Notes under the pieces: model-generated
What the model was told of the DNA's origin: nothing
Seen by the model: only the letters and a program-made list of their open reading frames with translations
The model's database searches: none
Part shown: piece by piece, positions 62,627 to 62,671 of the stretch
Layout of the letters: each line of letters opens with the position of its first letter
Numbering within the stretch: the stretch's first letter is position 1
Assembly (NCBI GenBank): GCA_041649955.1
Contig: JBAZMD010000004.1
Coordinates: 1 to 62,671 of the forward strand
Direction of reading: 5' to 3'
DNA: 62,671 nucleotides
Source of the DNA: Patescibacteria group bacterium
Lineage (GTDB): Bacteria; Patescibacteriota; Patescibacteriia; UBA2591; JAQUPP01
Made by a program: the position numbers and the translations under genes

Positions 62627-62671
62627 TACCCCCAATAGGGATCGAACCTATATCAATTGCTTAAGAGGCAA
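62627..62671 (-). tRNA. tRNA-Lys(CUU), 3' part; the 5' part lies beyond the right edge
   Basis: Minus strand: anticodon loop CU-CUU-AA, stem gcaat, variable tgat, T arm atagg-ttcgatc-cctat, acceptor tgggggt, discriminator A. No encoded CCA. Confidence 0.6.

Noticed and set aside
1-62671. Alternative genetic code (UGA recoding, as in some CPR lineages).
   Set aside because: Long uninterrupted ORFs with recognisable full-length housekeeping proteins are obtained with the standard code. TGA is used as a genuine stop, for example at the PHP gene, at the methyltransferase gene ending 27539, and at the AlwI-family gene.

Overview
A visibly AT-rich, gene-dense bacterial window with short intergenic spacers and the standard genetic code. 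All calls come from reading the ORF track and sequence by eye. No similarity search, fold prediction or composition statistic was run, and coordinates of non-CDS features are approximate (+/- 2 nt).

The gene content looks like a small-genome Patescibacteria/CPR (Parcubacteria-like) organism; this is an inference.

- **Housekeeping backbone (about 1-43.6 kb).** Storage-glucan genes (two GlgA-like synthases, GH57, an APH-fold kinase, PHP), RuvC, YebC, a SIS-type PGI/PMI, GalU, TyrS, PBP1A, RfbB, GtrA, MltG, TrxA/TrxB, LspA, a DksA/TraR zinc finger, S1, FtsH, DnaN and HU.
- **Accessory features inside the backbone.** An envelope glycosylation locus at 10-18 kb: four large polytopic membrane proteins, an FAD oxidoreductase and a GT2. 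Four tandem TrbC/VirB2-like pilin paralogues at 18.3-20.6 kb, with a conserved roughly 80-nt structured element downstream of two of them. Two paralogous SAM methyltransferase genes bracketed by a perfect 62-bp direct repeat (27.5-29.3 kb). Several structured or repeat-rich intergenic spacers.
- **Integrated island (about 43.6-62.45 kb).** It ends in a large serine recombinase next to tRNA-Lys(CUU) and a tRNA-like remnant. It carries a PolB-exo-like exonuclease and a coupled ParB-methylase / TerS-like / TerL-like (ATPase domain only) operon with no virion structural genes. It also carries an Mrr-type nuclease with an unknown N-domain.

Two loci in the island are the main candidates for something new.

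- **Type IIS R-M operon (56.5-60.9 kb).** An AlwI/N.BstNBI-family restriction-modification operon whose first gene is a complete, cleavage-competent LexA fused to an adenine methyltransferase.
- **Orphan operon (51.5-55.3 kb).** Three genes of 221 aa, 980 aa (apparently helical-repeat) and 65 aa (2-TM), with no motif I can recognise. It sits between the R-M system and the Mrr-like nuclease.
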